This document shows positions 15,301 through 30,300 of a stretch of 64,000 nucleotides of DNA, piece by piece. Made by a program: the position numbers and the translations under genes. Position 1 is the first letter of the stretch. Each line of letters begins with the position of its first letter. The notes beneath the pieces were generated by a model. That model saw only the letters and a program-made list of their open reading frames with translations, was not told where the DNA came from and made no database searches. The DNA comes from Phoronis australis (lineage: Eukaryota > Animalia > Phoronida), in assembly GCA_002633005.1 (NCBI GenBank), contig NMRA01000465.1:160472-224471 (forward strand), read 5' to 3'.

Positions 15301-18300
15301 CTCTACCATTGTGGTAAATCCATTTGTTAAACGTCAAGAGTATTTTAAGTACATGGAAGACAACAGCCTTGATTTCAGCAAGTGCCAGGCAAACATTGAC
15401 AAAAATTGGCAATTAATTCACAAAAATAGAACATGTGTTGCTATTAAATAGCTCTGGTCAAAGCTAAAAAAGTCTATCCCATCCAAAACATAATCCCAAT
15501 TGACTTTTCGGCTGTAAAACTAAATGTTCTATTAACTACCTGCTGGCGTCGACCATTAATCTCATGATGAGCAGGTAATGGTCCCACTTACCTTGAGGAC
15601 ACACATATTGAGTGTAGTTGACGATGGGTCCCAGGGATGAGTCACAGTAGTAACCAGCTGGACACTCAGTACATGTACTCTGTCTCTGCTGATCTTGGTA
15701 CTGACCAGATGGACACTGGGTATATGTGTGTGACCCCTGGGCACAGTAGTGACCGACCGGACACTCTAGTCCACTGGGGTTAGGCACAGTCTGACCAGTT
15801 GGACAGTAGTAGCCTGTAATAAATAAGCACTATCAGACTGTTGTTAATGACACACACAGGTCTTAAAAGCAAAACAAACGCCAAGTCACTGCTCATGCCA
15901 TGACAGAACGAACTCACAGAGAAAATCATAAAGAAAATCAACAGAGAGGTTTGAAAACTTTAGAATATTATTAAAGTGGAACTTGTAGGCTAATTCCTTG
16001 TCTCTGTCATTGCTTAGCTTAGTTACAAACACAACATGCGATGAATACTTTCGGTCATCCAGTTGAGTAATAATATGAAGAAAATTGAATCAATTACTGG
16101 ACTTACAGATTGAGTTGGCTACAATGCGTCCTCACCTCGAGGACTTCATCAGGCCATTGAGGTGTCACGTGACTCGTCAAGTGATCCACAGCACAGTTTG
16201 CACTAAAGAGTATCCCGCGCAAACTGTGCCGTGCATCACATGACGAGTAACGTGACACCTCAGTGGCCTGATTAAGTCCTCGAGAGGAGGACGTAACGTA
16301 GCCAACTTGATCTGTAAGTCAGACAACATATGGCGATGATGTGAAAATTGCCAAATGTTTTTAAGAATTGAGTTTATTTGACGAAAGTGATCTGCCACAA
16401 ATCACTGAATCGTGTTCAGTAAGTGGTGCTGAGAAATGCCCTGCACTAACTTCTAACCCTCCACCATAACTCTCCTCCCCATACCTGGGTCACATGGTCC
16501 GTCAGGACTAGCCAGCCCGCTGTTATTACAATACTGTCCAGCAGTACACTGTATACACCAGGTGATGTTCGTAGCTGCAGAACTGGGTTGAAAGTAACCA
16601 GGTAGACACGCTGTGGGGTAACTACTGCCTTGCTCACAGTGATAGCCCGCTGAACACTTGTCTCCTGCAAGTAACAACAGGTAGTAATGAGTCAGTGGTG
16701 GGTTTACATCTGTTGGATTTTAATTACAAATGCAGGAACAGAATACTAAAGCTAGTAATAAGTAAAAGCTGATAGGATCAATGACCATAGAGGATTAACC
16801 GCTTTCATTTTCCAGTCTTTATTTCTTGTTCTAGCAAAGTGTCAACTCTGATCAAAACCATTGGCACGAAGACGAGTCATTAAACAATGCCTCCCATGTA
16901 TTTGAGTGTAAGACTTTGTCCTATGGGAACTTAGGCAAGCAGACCAAGTTGTCAGTGGTAGGCCTGGATGTTATACTGCTACAGCTGTGACTATTGACCC
17001 GACAAATGAAGCCTGCCTTCATTATGTGAAGAAGACTATTTCAAACAGAAGAGTTTGGACACACAGAAAGCCCTTACCTCCAGTTCCAGATGGAGTGCCT
17101 GTGCTGGAGTTGCCAGAGCAGTAATACCCAGGAGAGCAGGCTGCATGTGGTCCTGACATTCCTGGTAGATGGCAGTACTGACCAGGTGTACAGCCAATGG
17201 GAGCACTGCTTCCTTGAGGACAGTACTCTCCTGTTGGGAAGATACAGAAAAAGGTGAACTGTGAATGTAAGGTTGAAAGCTACTCATCAAAAGTCACAAA
17301 AGCAGACCATTAACACATAGTATGTATTTGAACAAACTGGATGTCTTACAATTACAGATAACCATCAGTTTTTACAGCGGATCCATGAAAACGGCATGCA
17401 GTCTCAACATATGACACCCTAAAACCTTTGACACTCACCTGCTGAACACTGCCCTCCCTCGGGTGCTGTTGGCTGTGCTAGATATGAAGACAGGGTGCAG
17501 TACCAGCCACCGTCACACAAGCCTGTAGGCTGAGCATTACCAGTGCCTTGACAGTATGATCCTGGGGTACACGGAACGCATGATGTACTGTTGTGTTGAC
17601 CTGAAAGAGCAAACACAATCTAGAAAGTTGCACCAGTGGGTGGAGCTCACGAGCCAACCTTTTAAGGAAACTTGTTTATCAGAGCGATCCATTGTAATTG
17701 ATAACATCTGATAAGGAATCTTAAACGACAGCTACAGTACCCACCGAAAATAATTAGACAAAAGGACTGAGAATTCCCCAACAAGCACAAGCTGAGTTTA
17801 TCCTCATGACACTTGAGCACAAGCGGCAGTTGCCACCATGACGGCCGAGTACAATAGAATTTACCATCAGAGTAGCTACAATGATCCATCATGGCAGGAA
17901 ATAACTCGGTGTGCTGGGAAAACAGTATTTCGTCTGATTACTTTTGGTGTACATTGTGCCAAAAATGGCATGCATTTAGTGACAGTGTGTCGGCTGTGAT
18001 GACTATAGACTAGTATTGGAGGTAGTCCCAGCCTATGTTAGACTTACATCAACCCTTCAAACATTCCAGCACTTGTCATTCAGGAATGCACTTAAACAAT
18101 GTGACTATCCACAATCTGTCATGGAATCACTGACAGCATGAACTCATTCACGTCACATACCTTAGCACAAAATTCCATACACTAAACAAAAACTAATTTG
18201 AGGTATAGTAAGACTTGTCTACCAACTTCAGTATATCTTTCAGAATTGTTTGAAAATTTCAGTTAGTCCAACGACTAAGCAGCAAATTAAGATAAACATG

Positions 18301-21300
18301 TTATCGAGTGTTACATGATTTACAACACTCTCTTAGAGTTGTCAGAACGGTAAAACCAATCTGACTGGCTAGTGACCAGTAGAAGAAAAACCTACCGGTC
18401 AGGTTATTGAAGGTGCCCTTTGGACACGGATTTTCCAGGCTCTGCTTAGTGTTGTCTGGACAGAAGTGACCAGAGGGACAGACTTTGTCTGAGTAATCAG
18501 TAGAGTTAGCTGGACAATAGTAGCCAGCCGGACAGCCCTTACACACAGCCTTAGTTGTCTCATCCTGAAAAAACATTAGAAACTTCCATGGAGATTTTAT
18601 CAAATGCATACACAGTTTCAATGAAAAGTGCAGAGTACTGTCAATAGATTGTGATTTGTGCATATTGACACGGAATTCACACAGCTCATTAGAAAAACTT
18701 TCAACAGAGAACTTCCCTGGCAATGCAAATCATGTTAAGCTTAATGTGTACACCTTGTTGTTATGAATGGCAGTTCATTCGAAATTAAGTATATGACTCA
18801 ACAGAAGATTTATTATAACACAATCATATAGCTTTCAGCAAAGTTTTTAGGTTTAGATGAATTTCAATGAAATTCCTCAAGCAGACAAAGTTGTGGCAAA
18901 AAATTAAAAGAAAACAAACTATAAACAACTACGTCATAATTTCAAAAAAGCTGACATGTTTTGCTTTGTATATTCATTTGGCTGATTTTTGAAATAAGAA
19001 ATAGCGAGTCAACTGTCGTACCTGATACCATCCATCCGGACACCCCACAGGCAGTACAGTCTGACCTGGACACTTATAGCCCTGTGGACAAACACCACCG
19101 ACTCCAGTATGGCCACCAGAGGGCGACGGTGTGTCCACTCCACTGGTGCAGTAGTAGCCTGGGTCACATGAATCTGCTGGACTGGTCAAGTTCGTGCGGT
19201 CACAGTACATACCACCCGTACACTGGGTACAGTCAGTCTCTGTCTGCAGGCCCAGCTGGTTACTGAAAGTGCCTATTGGACAAGCTGTCCAATTAAGGCC
19301 AGTCGCAGCCAAACAGTAAAAACCACGTGGACAGAGGCGGAAACCAGATGACGAATTACCTGAAAACAACAGGTTCGTTATTCATTGAGCCAGGAAACTG
19401 AGAATTAATTTTACTTCACTTGTCTTCCACCACAAAATATCCCTATGAATTTTGTGTGCTTTGATGTAACTTGATCATTGTCTGACTATATCTCGCAATG
19501 TGAACCTACACGTTATTTTAAATCCAAAATGACACATAAGTATGCTCACCTTGAATAACCTCCTCGGGTACACAGTAGTACCCCTCTGGGCACGTCTCAC
19601 ATGACGATGCCTGGGTGTAGTTCGTGTAGGTCCCTGCAGCACAGGGGACTGGAGAAGGGCTACCCTGAGGACAATGCAGGCCAATAGGGCAGGGGTACGC
19701 TACAGGGTTGGGGACAGAGTTCCCACCAGGACAGTAGAAGCCAGGGTCACAATCAGCTGTCGGTGAAGACAAGCCAGTCTCATTACAGTACTTGCCACCA
19801 TCACAGGCCAGACACTGTGTTATGTTGATGTTGCCCACAGAGTTAGTGTATGTACCAACAGGGCACTGAGTGGGTACAGCGCTACCTTGAGGACAATAGT
19901 GGCCCACAGGACACTGGACTGTCTGAGAGTTGTTGGAACCCAGGGGGCAGTAGTGGCTGAAAATGAATGAAATAGGTCACAATAGGAACACACACATTTA
20001 CTACACTATGACCAACTGAGTGACTGAACAAATGATTATAATCAACACATTAATCAAAGGTAGGTGGAGCTTCAACAATGTACAAAACATCAGAGAACAG
20101 ACTAAAGACAATTAAACAACTCGAGGTGATAAACTATTAAGCTACATTTAGCATTATGTTTGGTAATCTATAACTATATGGCTTTCATTTACATGGCAGA
20201 TTTATAGCACATTTATTACACATGGCTAAGGATGAAATGTTGTCCAAAGATAAAAAGTTGGTTTATTTTCAAATGACAAATATAAAACACAAACCAGAGT
20301 ATAATATTCACTCCTTACCCTTGCATGCATGGCCCAGTTGGGCCAGTCATTCCCTCTGAAGCACAATAGTACCCAGCTGCACAGAGGGTACAATCAGCCT
20401 CCGTGGTCAGGCCTGTACCATTATTGAACGACCCCTTGGGACACTTGGTAGGGTTGGCAGTACCCAGCAGGCAATAGTGACCCTCGGGACAGATGTTAGC
20501 ATCCACTCCCTGGTCAGGTGTGGAGATGTTGGCGCTCTGCTTACAGTAGTAGCCAGCTGCACACAGATCAACAGGGGAGACCATTCCTGGCATTGGGCAG
20601 TAGTATCCACCCAGGCAGTTGGTACACTCAGACACCTCTCGCAGACCTGGCAGGTGAAGGGAGAGTAACTTTAAGTATTTAAATAAATAAGGGGAGACAA
20701 TTCCTGGCTTTGCGCAGTAGTACCTGACCAGGCAGCGAGTACAGTAACTCACCTTTCAGAGACCTGGCAGGAGAAGGGGAGATAACTTTAAAGTGGAATT
20801 TGTTGGCTATTTCCTTATCTCTGAGATTGCATGGCCAAATTAGTCAGAAACATAATGTATAGCGACCATGTGAGCATGAAGTAAATCGAAAATTGCCAAA
20901 AGTTTTCAGATTGAGTTCTGTGGTAAAAATGACCAGCAGTAAGTATCGCGATGTGGCCCTGGGGAATAACACTGCATCTGAGCCCTCGAGGTATGTCATT
21001 AGTGCAAAGGTCACCTATTTGCAGATTTTTTGTTTTCACACTAGACTTACAAGATGTCAACATATACAAATGCACCTTGTTTAGCGTAGATTATGTTCAA
21101 ATAGCATTATTGTTTAGTTCAATCTATACATTAGCATAGTTAGGAGCTTGCAATTCTTTAATTATCTAAATAAGCAAGGGAGACAATCCCTGACATTGAA
21201 CAGTATTCTCACACTTGGCAGCACCAAAAAGGAAACAATACTGCCTTAAATTGTATGTAAGGGAAAAAGCAACTGAATACAAAAAACTATAAACTCCTTT

Positions 21301-24300
21301 TGAAGGACACAATGTAGTTGTGTACATAAATGAGAAGACATTCATTCACGTGACAACACCGTACAGTTTCATGGTAAGTACATTGGAATTATACACATGA
21401 CAATAAATTAACTAAAGTTAAGTTTGAGTATCTTCTTTAGGACAGTTAAAAAATATGACTAACAGTAGAGTACATATTTTACAGAACAATCCACAATACC
21501 AATTATTGTACAGTAGTTAATTACAGTAATTATACTTAAACAGGCTGATGGCTGACTCACCAGTTCTATTGTTGAATGTGCCCACAGGACATAGGTACTC
21601 ATTGTTGTATCTTGTTCCCTGAGGACAGTAAGAGCCCATAGGACAGATGGTGGTACTGTTGTCAAGGACAACGATGGAGACAGTATTGTCACAGAAGTAT
21701 CCAGCCGGACAAGGGTCACAGGTGGGCTGAGTCTCAGTGTCTTGATAAGTACCGTTGGTACATCGGATGGCAGCATCAGTACCAGATGGACAGTAGTGGC
21801 CAATGGGGCATCTGATATAACAAGACAAGGTCTGACATACAGATACAGTCTGGTCAATGTTTGAAAAGTTTCTCACTGTTTGGTTATATTTACAAACCTG
21901 ACCTTTCATGGCACCTACAAGTCATAAATTTGACTAAAAAGTCTGAATATTACTCAGATCTTGATCTGAGCTTCCTTGAGACCTCTAAAAGCATTTAACT
22001 GTCATTAAAAGTTTGCAAAAATTAAACAAATATTACCAAGAAGTTTGTCTCCTAAAAAAGCAAACTCAAGCTTTGTCGCCATTAATAGCAGGGTAATCAT
22101 TAACACGTTTTTCATCATTTACCTTCAACTAAACCAGTCAAGCAGTTGTTTCATACTGATTTAGAAAATAATTAGCTGAATCCTTATAGTTAACATTTGG
22201 TATTAGTTACAATGTCAGCAACATCCTGAAATGAGAGTCACCTGTACACATAAGGATCCGAGACGTTCTGTCCCGGGGGACAGTAGTAGCCATCGTTACA
22301 GTTGCCAGCAGGGTTCTCGCGTCCAGTCCCTGGACAGTATTGACCAGCAGTACAGGGCAGACAGTCATCTAGCTCGTCATTCTGTTGAGAGTTCAGGAAG
22401 TAACCAGTAGGACAAGGCTTCGAGCTTGACACTTTCGACTCACAATAATGACCGACCGGACAGATGTTACCAGTTACGCCATCTGTAGGCATGCTTGTAT
22501 TTGCCTCCAACACACAGTAATAGCCTGTTAACAAAGTAATAGCTTAATTAGTTGTCGCCACACAATGGGATATTAGGTATATTTATTTTCACAACATAAT
22601 CAGAAATAGTTCATTTAGTTCTGCTGTCAACGTACATGAAACATATGATTTCTAGTGAATATAGCAAGCATGTACACATTGTGGATGATGACCAAACCTA
22701 CACCGTTTCAAATCAACACTCACCTGCTGAACAATTGCCTGTAGGTGTGGCCAGCCCTGGGGTCTCACAATACATGCCAGGCGTACACTGTAATGGCTGG
22801 TAGGATCCTTGAGGACAGTAGAAGCCTGGCTGACACTGGCCACCGTTGACTGAAGGCTTTGCTGATGTGCAGTTACCACTACAGTACCAGCCTGCATGGG
22901 GAAGAGAATCACAGAAATGATGGAACAACATTATGGTGTATTGACCATCACTGGTTGATCATGGTTGACGGGTTATATTTAATTACCGGTGACTGAACAG
23001 ATACAGTAATGTCTTCCACCTACCACTGTTTTTTTCATCTTTCATCTGCTACTTAGTCATTACATCAACTTCTATGTTGTCATTCTCCAGACGCTTCATT
23101 GGCTATTAAAGACTTAAATAAAATTAATGTCTTTGATCTTATTTGGATTTTCAGCATGGGCTTTCACCACTTTAAATGATTTAATTTAAATCAAGCATAA
23201 CTAAATTCAGTATTTTAAAATGTAACACTATTAGTTTTAAGATTTCCCAACACAATAGCAAATTGAGTCATTTTTGTATTGCGGTGCTCTTTGTTGATGT
23301 GGCATAGCAGTGTTACAGCCTCACCTTCAGAGCAAAGGCCTGTGGGATAGGTCAGTCCATCCAGTTCACAGTACTCCCCTGGAGGACAGGGGAGACAATC
23401 ACTCACATCACTAGCCATGGTGGTGTTATAGTACGTGCCAGCTGGACAAGGGTTAGCTTTAGCCACTGACGTCCCCTGTGGACAGTAGTGACCAGAAGGA
23501 CACTCGTAACTGTCGAATGTGTCCACACCTACAACAGTCAGGCATGCGGATCATGGTGAAAGGAGTCTGGTTTACAAATCTTTTGCTTTAGACAAAGTTT
23601 GGATGACAGTAAGCAGTTACAAAATCGATTATTAATTGTGTATTACGTTAACATGTTGATATGATTATGAGAAGTGAAACAAAATTCAGTCACAACTGTT
23701 ATGTCCATAAGATATACATCCGGTCACACATCAAGCAAAGAGAAAATAACTAGAAAAACAAGTATTGCCAAAGTGAGACATCTCACATCAACAATCAAAA
23801 TAAAGGCAAATACAACAAAAACACTTCTAGAATAATAAAAAACTCTAGATCTGTAAATGCCTGCATGGGCTGGATACCAGTCAACTGAAGATACTTGTCA
23901 AAACTAACTGAGAATGAACCAGTCAAGTCACATGACTTCACAAACACCAGACTGTCAAGAGGCTACAGACAGCATTCCAAGGGTCAAACTGAGGTCAACA
24001 TCACTGTATGGTAGGTGGCTAATGTAAGAAACATTCATCCACTCGATGAAAATGATACAGTAACAGTACTTACGATCTGCAATTTGGTGACATTCACAAA
24101 GGAAACATATCAACATTTATTTAACACAATATTGCATATCAATCAATTTATGGCACATATTTCAATATGACACGACTGATCAAAATATACATTCCATTTG
24201 CTAAGAGTATTATTACAAAAACCAACAACAGGAGCATATTCGTTCTACATTTCCATGGTAAATTTTCACTGTTTAATTATTCAGCAGTTCCTTTGAGATT

Positions 24301-27300
24301 GCTGGCCATTACAAAGCGTTTCTCATCAGTTATCGGCACAAGTTCACTGAACTACACAGTCTTACCTGCAGGACAGTAGAATCCAGCCGGGCACTGTACA
24401 CAGCTGGACAGTCCAGTGGCATTACTGAAAGAGCCCGCTGTACATGGGATTGGGTGTGAGGTGCCCACAGGGCAGTAGTGGGCAACTGGGCAGATACCTC
24501 CTACACCTGTCTGACCACCTGAAACAGAGGAGTGGACAGTAATACGAGGGAGAAACTGACCAGTACAGACTGCTAATAATTGGTATCATTATGATGGACT
24601 GACTATTAAAATATCCGAGAATTAAATATCTAACTAGTATTATTAGGGGCTGACTATGACATGACTGTGAATCATTATTCAACTTTCAAAGAAACTCATC
24701 CACTGGATATGACCCAAATAGGGAATAACTGCTGCCCCCAGTGTATACCAAGAAAATTCAGTTATGTGAAAAAGCCAACGATTTATTGTCAAAGTCATAG
24801 TTTAACTTTGATTCTGTCATCATCTGAGCAGAAGATGTGCACAGCAGTTCTTACCTGGTAATGTACAAGTACCATTCACCACAGTTGCGTTGTCCACTCC
24901 ACTTGGCTGAGCTCGGTCAACACCATATTCACAGTAGTAGCCGGCACCACACAGTTTGACAGGGTCAGTGAGTGCGTACTGGTCACAGTAGTAGCCCCCA
25001 GTGCAGGGGGTACACTCACTCTCACTGGCCAGGCCTGTCATGTTGTTGAATGTGCCGTAGGGACACGGCTGCCAGGCAGGCCCAGTGCCAGCCGGACAGT
25101 AGTAGCCCTCAGGACATTGGGCCACCAACTCTCCAAGAACACAGTACCTGTAATAAACACAGCGCATAACATTCACAGCATAAGCAACACATTGATCCAA
25201 CAACAATTGACTGAGCTGACTGAACTGAACAGTCACCTAAATCCTTCACACGACATTCAAGTGCAGCAGAACTGACATATCTATACGCGAAAGTATAAAT
25301 GACTAATTGTAGACTATCATAACATATGAAGGAGTAAAACAGATCAGAATTTTATCACTTTGTGATTTTTACAAAATGCGGAAAAACCCTTACACTTTTC
25401 AGGATTTCAACATTTGCCTCTTATAAACTGGCTGAAAAGTTTTAACGGGATACCTTGATTTGCAGACGACCGCAACACACAAAGTACTCTCTGCCAGACT
25501 TACCATCTCTGAGGACACGTGTAACATTCAGCTGCCAGTGTTTGGTTCATGTAGGTACCATTAGCACAGAGGATTGGTTGAGAGGAGTTTGCAGGGCAGT
25601 AGTGCGCCACAGGGCAGGGGTACTCCGCTGGACGGGAGTCGTTCTGACCCCCAGGGCAGTAGTAACCAGCAGCACAGTCCCCAGAGGTGGTGTTCAGCCC
25701 CTCCAGGCCACAATACTGACCAGCAGTACAAGGCAGACACTGACCACTGTTAGTCAGACCGTAACTGGGACTGAATGTACCCTACAACAGAGCAACATGG
25801 AATGGAAGGCATTTAGTGAAAGACAAATAAATGTTAATGTCACTAATAAACTGCAAGCTAAACAAAAATGTCCACTGAATAGTTGTGGATGGTCATTAAA
25901 CAAAAAACAAAAAATATTACGCTGGTATAGACAATGAACAAGAAACTGGAACAAGAGCAACGCAGAGCGTTGAAATGCGCCCACAATTGCACCGCATACG
26001 GTATCCTTCTAGGGTTGTTTATTGGTACCATAAAGTGGCCAGTAGAGGGCATATATGTAGTATGTTGTACTTTGCAAAATGGAAAGGCATGGTCATTGTC
26101 TCCTCAATAGGCTAGGGGCAAAATGTGAGTNNNNNNNNNNNNNNNNNNNNNNNNNNNNNNNNNNNNNNNNNNNNNNNNNNNNNNNNNNNNNNNNNNNNNN
26201 NNNNNNNNNNNNNNNNNNNNNNNNNNNNNNNNNNNNNNNNNNNNNNNNNNNNNNNNNNNNNNNNNNNNNNNNNNNNNNNNNNNNNNNNNNNNNNNNNNNN
26301 NNNNNNNNNNNNNNNNNNNNNNNNNNNNNNNNNNNNNNNNNNNNNNNNNNNNNNNNNNNNNNNNNNNNNNNNNNNNNNNNNNNNNNNNNNNNNNNNNNNN
26401 NNNNNNNNNNNNNNNNNNNNNNNNNNNNNNNNNNNNNNNNNNNNNNNNNNNNNNNNNNNNNNNNNNNNNNNNNNNNNNNNNNNNNNNNNNNNNNNNNNNN
26501 NNNNNNNNNNNNNNNNNNNNNNNNNNNNNNNNNNNNNNNNNNNNNNNNNNNNNNNNNNNNNNNNNNNNNNNNNNNNNNNNNNNNNNNNNNNNNNNNNNNN
26601 NNNNNNNNNNNNNNNNNNNNNNNNNNNNNNNNNNNNNNNNNNNNNNNNNNNNNNNNNNNNNNNNNNNNNNNNNNNNNNNNNNNNNNNNNNNNNNNNNNNN
26701 NNNNNNNNNNNNNNNNNNNNNNNNNNNNNNNNNNNNNNNNNNNNNNNNNNNNNNNNNNNNNNNNNNNNNNNNNNNNNNNNNNNNNNNNNNNNNNNNNNNN
26801 NNNNNNNNNNNNNNNNNNNNNNNNNNNNNNNNNNNNNNNNNNNNNNNNNNNNNNNNNNNNNNNNNNNNNNNNNNNNNNNNNNNNNNNNNNNNNNNNNNNN
26901 NNNNNNNNNNNNNNNNNNNNNNNNNNNNNNNNNNNNNNNNNNNNNNNNNNNNNNNNNNNNNNNNNNNNNNNNNNNNNNNNNNNNNNNNNNNNNNNNNNNN
27001 NNNNNNNNNNNNNNNNNNNNNNNNNNNNNNNNNNNNNNNNNNNNNNNNNNNNNNNNNNNNNNNNNNNNGAAAACGGCAGGATAGCGTCATCTCACTAATA
27101 CGTGCCTACATACCAAATTTCATGAAAATCCGTTCAGGACTTTTGAAGATACAAAGGTAAGCGTAAAAAACTAAAATTGCCACTAGGGGGCACACCGGTA
27201 GTCGGATCCGTCCAAAAGTTCGCACATGCCGTCCCATTCATGAATGGAACATATGTGCCAAATTTCATGAACGTATGTCAAAGGGTTTTGGAGATAGAGC

Positions 27301-30300
27301 AGCGGACGCCGGACACCGGACGCCGGACGCCGCCCGGACGGACGGACGGACGGCAGAGATGACAGCATAATGCGTCCACATATAAATATGTGGGCGCATA
27401 AAAATTTGTGGGCTGGGCATTCACAGTGATGTTAGAAGCCCTTGAGAAATGAAATAATAGCAATTTTAGCAATTAGTTATGTCCAAAATTGGAGGCAATA
27501 TCTTTGATATTTACCTGTGGACATGGCGTTGGCGTGTCTGAACCATTAGGGCAGTAATGTCCTGTAGGACATAAGACCTCACGGCGAGAGTCTGACCCTA
27601 GAGGGCAGTAGTAGCCCTCGACACAGTCACCCTCCACAGTCAGTAGGCCGGACTGTTCACAATATTTCCCAGCTGTGCACAGCGTGCAGTCTGTGTAGTT
27701 ATGGAGACTAGACGTGGCACCATAGCGACCAGGTGGACAGGGAATAGGGTCGGCTGTGCCTTCAGGACAGTAAGATCCTGAAAGGCAATTCAACATGTAA
27801 ACAAAAGGATGCTTCACTATGTAGATAACCATGTGACATTAAACAAATAATTATGAACCAATCTGGAGGAAATGTCACGCTATATGGACCATGGGAGAGA
27901 AATCACTGCCAGCTCATACCATAACTATTTGAAGCCCATATCGAATGGTTGTAATGCATGGCGATATTTTGCAAAACAATATCTCCCAAGAAACTAGCCC
28001 TACAGTAGGGCGCACTGACTAACATGTTCAGTCTCATTCACTGTTACCTTGTGGGCAGAAGTTAGCGTCTGTTGTCTGGTTAGGTGTAGCTGAGAAGGCA
28101 AACCGCTTGCAATAGAAGCCTGCAGCACAGAGGCCAACAGGTGCAGTCTGCCCCACAATGCTGCAGTGGTACCCTCCAGAGCAGGGGCTGCAGTTGTCAC
28201 TCTGGTTGTAGCCAGTCTGATTACCAAATGTTCCCAGCAGACAAGGGTACTCATCCGCTCTTGTTGTCCCTGCAAATATCATTTGTATTAACGTGGCAAT
28301 GATGATTCTCTCAAGCCTTCCAAAACAACCACAGATACCTTGGTCATGAATCAGAAAGTCAGAGCAACATACACAATAAATGCAGTAAGTTGAGGATATC
28401 AGAGAGTTCTGGTTGTCGTCTTGCGTAAGACCAAATTATGCCAACAACGAGAAGCATTGTATATTTTAACCTATTGTAAATAACAATCTTATGAATCATG
28501 ACGAAGTCAAGGATAACATTACAATTACCTTCTAAAATACATTAAACACACCCATAAGCACATTATACATACCATGAGTGTAACAAACATACAGTCAAGT
28601 AGACTATAAGCCAATACCTGAGGGACAGAAGTATCCTGCTGGACATTTAATGGTATCATTGACCACCACTACACCGAGGCTGTTGTCGCAGTAGTAGCCA
28701 CTAGGGCAGATGTTACATGACCACTGTCCACTTTTGTCTTGGTACTGACCACTCGGACACAGGACAGGTTCACGGGAATGTTCAGGACAGAAGTGTCCCA
28801 CTGGACAAGACTGACCAACAGGCTCAGGAGCGGTGGCACTAGATGGACAGTAGTAGCCTGCACTACAGTTACCTGGCAACAAAGAAAGGACAGCAGTTTT
28901 CCAAGTTGACAATTCAACACTGAATGGCAATTCAACAAGCCAGTAACTTAACAAGGGAGTAGAGTGATTAGCCTTCAGCAAGTGGATTTCTCCAAACGAA
29001 TGATAAGTATTCAATTACAACATTCTAGACCCCGCCTTTTTCAACCAACCAGCATTTTACATTATGCTACTCACCAGATGGCGCTGTCAGACTGTTGTTG
29101 GCACAGTACTCCCCTTCACTACAGGGGAGACAATAACTCTCATTCTTGTTGCCAGTGCTTGCACTATATGTTCCTATAGAGCAGGAAGTGGGTGCGCTCG
29201 AGCCCACCAGACAGTAGGAGCCTGGGGGACAGATGTTACCAGTGCTGCCATCTGTTGGTGTCAATGTGACGGCGTGAGAGGTGCAGTAGTAGCCATCAGA
29301 GCAGTCACCAGTAGGCGTGGCCAAGCCATTAAACTGACAGTACTTGCCTCCTGGGCAGGGCGTTTGATCGGATGAGCCTGTGGAAGGAGATGAACAGTGT
29401 GGATAAAGCGCATATTGACACAACTGAGGCCAGGAGACTTTAAGAAGGTAGTTATTAGCAGTCAGTATAATTCAACACTTAACTAATGGAACACATGCCA
29501 ATGAATAAGCATGGAAACTTTCTTCACCCTAGCCAGGCACATGTTTTCTAAGCATTGGGTGAACAGATTGATAATTGAACAAAATCAAAAATGGAGATCT
29601 CCAAATCTTTTAAAGAGTAGAATGGTTCCAGGACAGTTTTCGCAGTTTCACAAATACCCAACATGAAAAATATGACAGAAAAAGTAAACATTAAAACAGA
29701 TCTGAAATTTAGTGTCATAAAAATACGTATAGGTAATTCATGAACAGTATACGATAATAAATCGTTTCATCAGTAATGCCTACCTTCAGGACAGAAGTAT
29801 CCAGCTTGACACTGTGCCCCATGTGAGGTGGAGTTTGGTGATGAAGACCCTCCGGTGCAGTACCAGCCAGAGTAACACTTGCCCGTGGGCTCAGGGTTAC
29901 CCTGGCCCTCACAGTACCACCCACCAGGACAGTCTTGGCAGTCAGATAGTGACGTCCCCTGAGTCAGGTTATTGAATGTTCCAGGCGGGCACTTATACTG
30001 TGTACTATGGGTAGTACCATTTGGACAGTAGTGACCTAAGGAGATGAGGGTACAATTATTGCAACAAACAGCAGTGATTTACAAGCAGACCAGTCAGTCC
30101 TCTTGTGCTACCCGGATGGCTCATAAGGTCTCTACAGACACAACATTAAAAAGCAGTACCAAAAAGGAATCAATATATTTATTTGGAAAACATTGCTAGT
30201 GTTTGCTACACACTAGTAGAGTTCTGTAATCATCCCTGTCATAGTTATCAGAATAGACTAGGCCATGTTCAAACTATGATTAGAAAACCATTATAGGTTA

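Noticed and set aside
26079-27098. Three ORFs of more than 300 aa in the ORF track
   Set aside because: Artefacts of translating the N gap.
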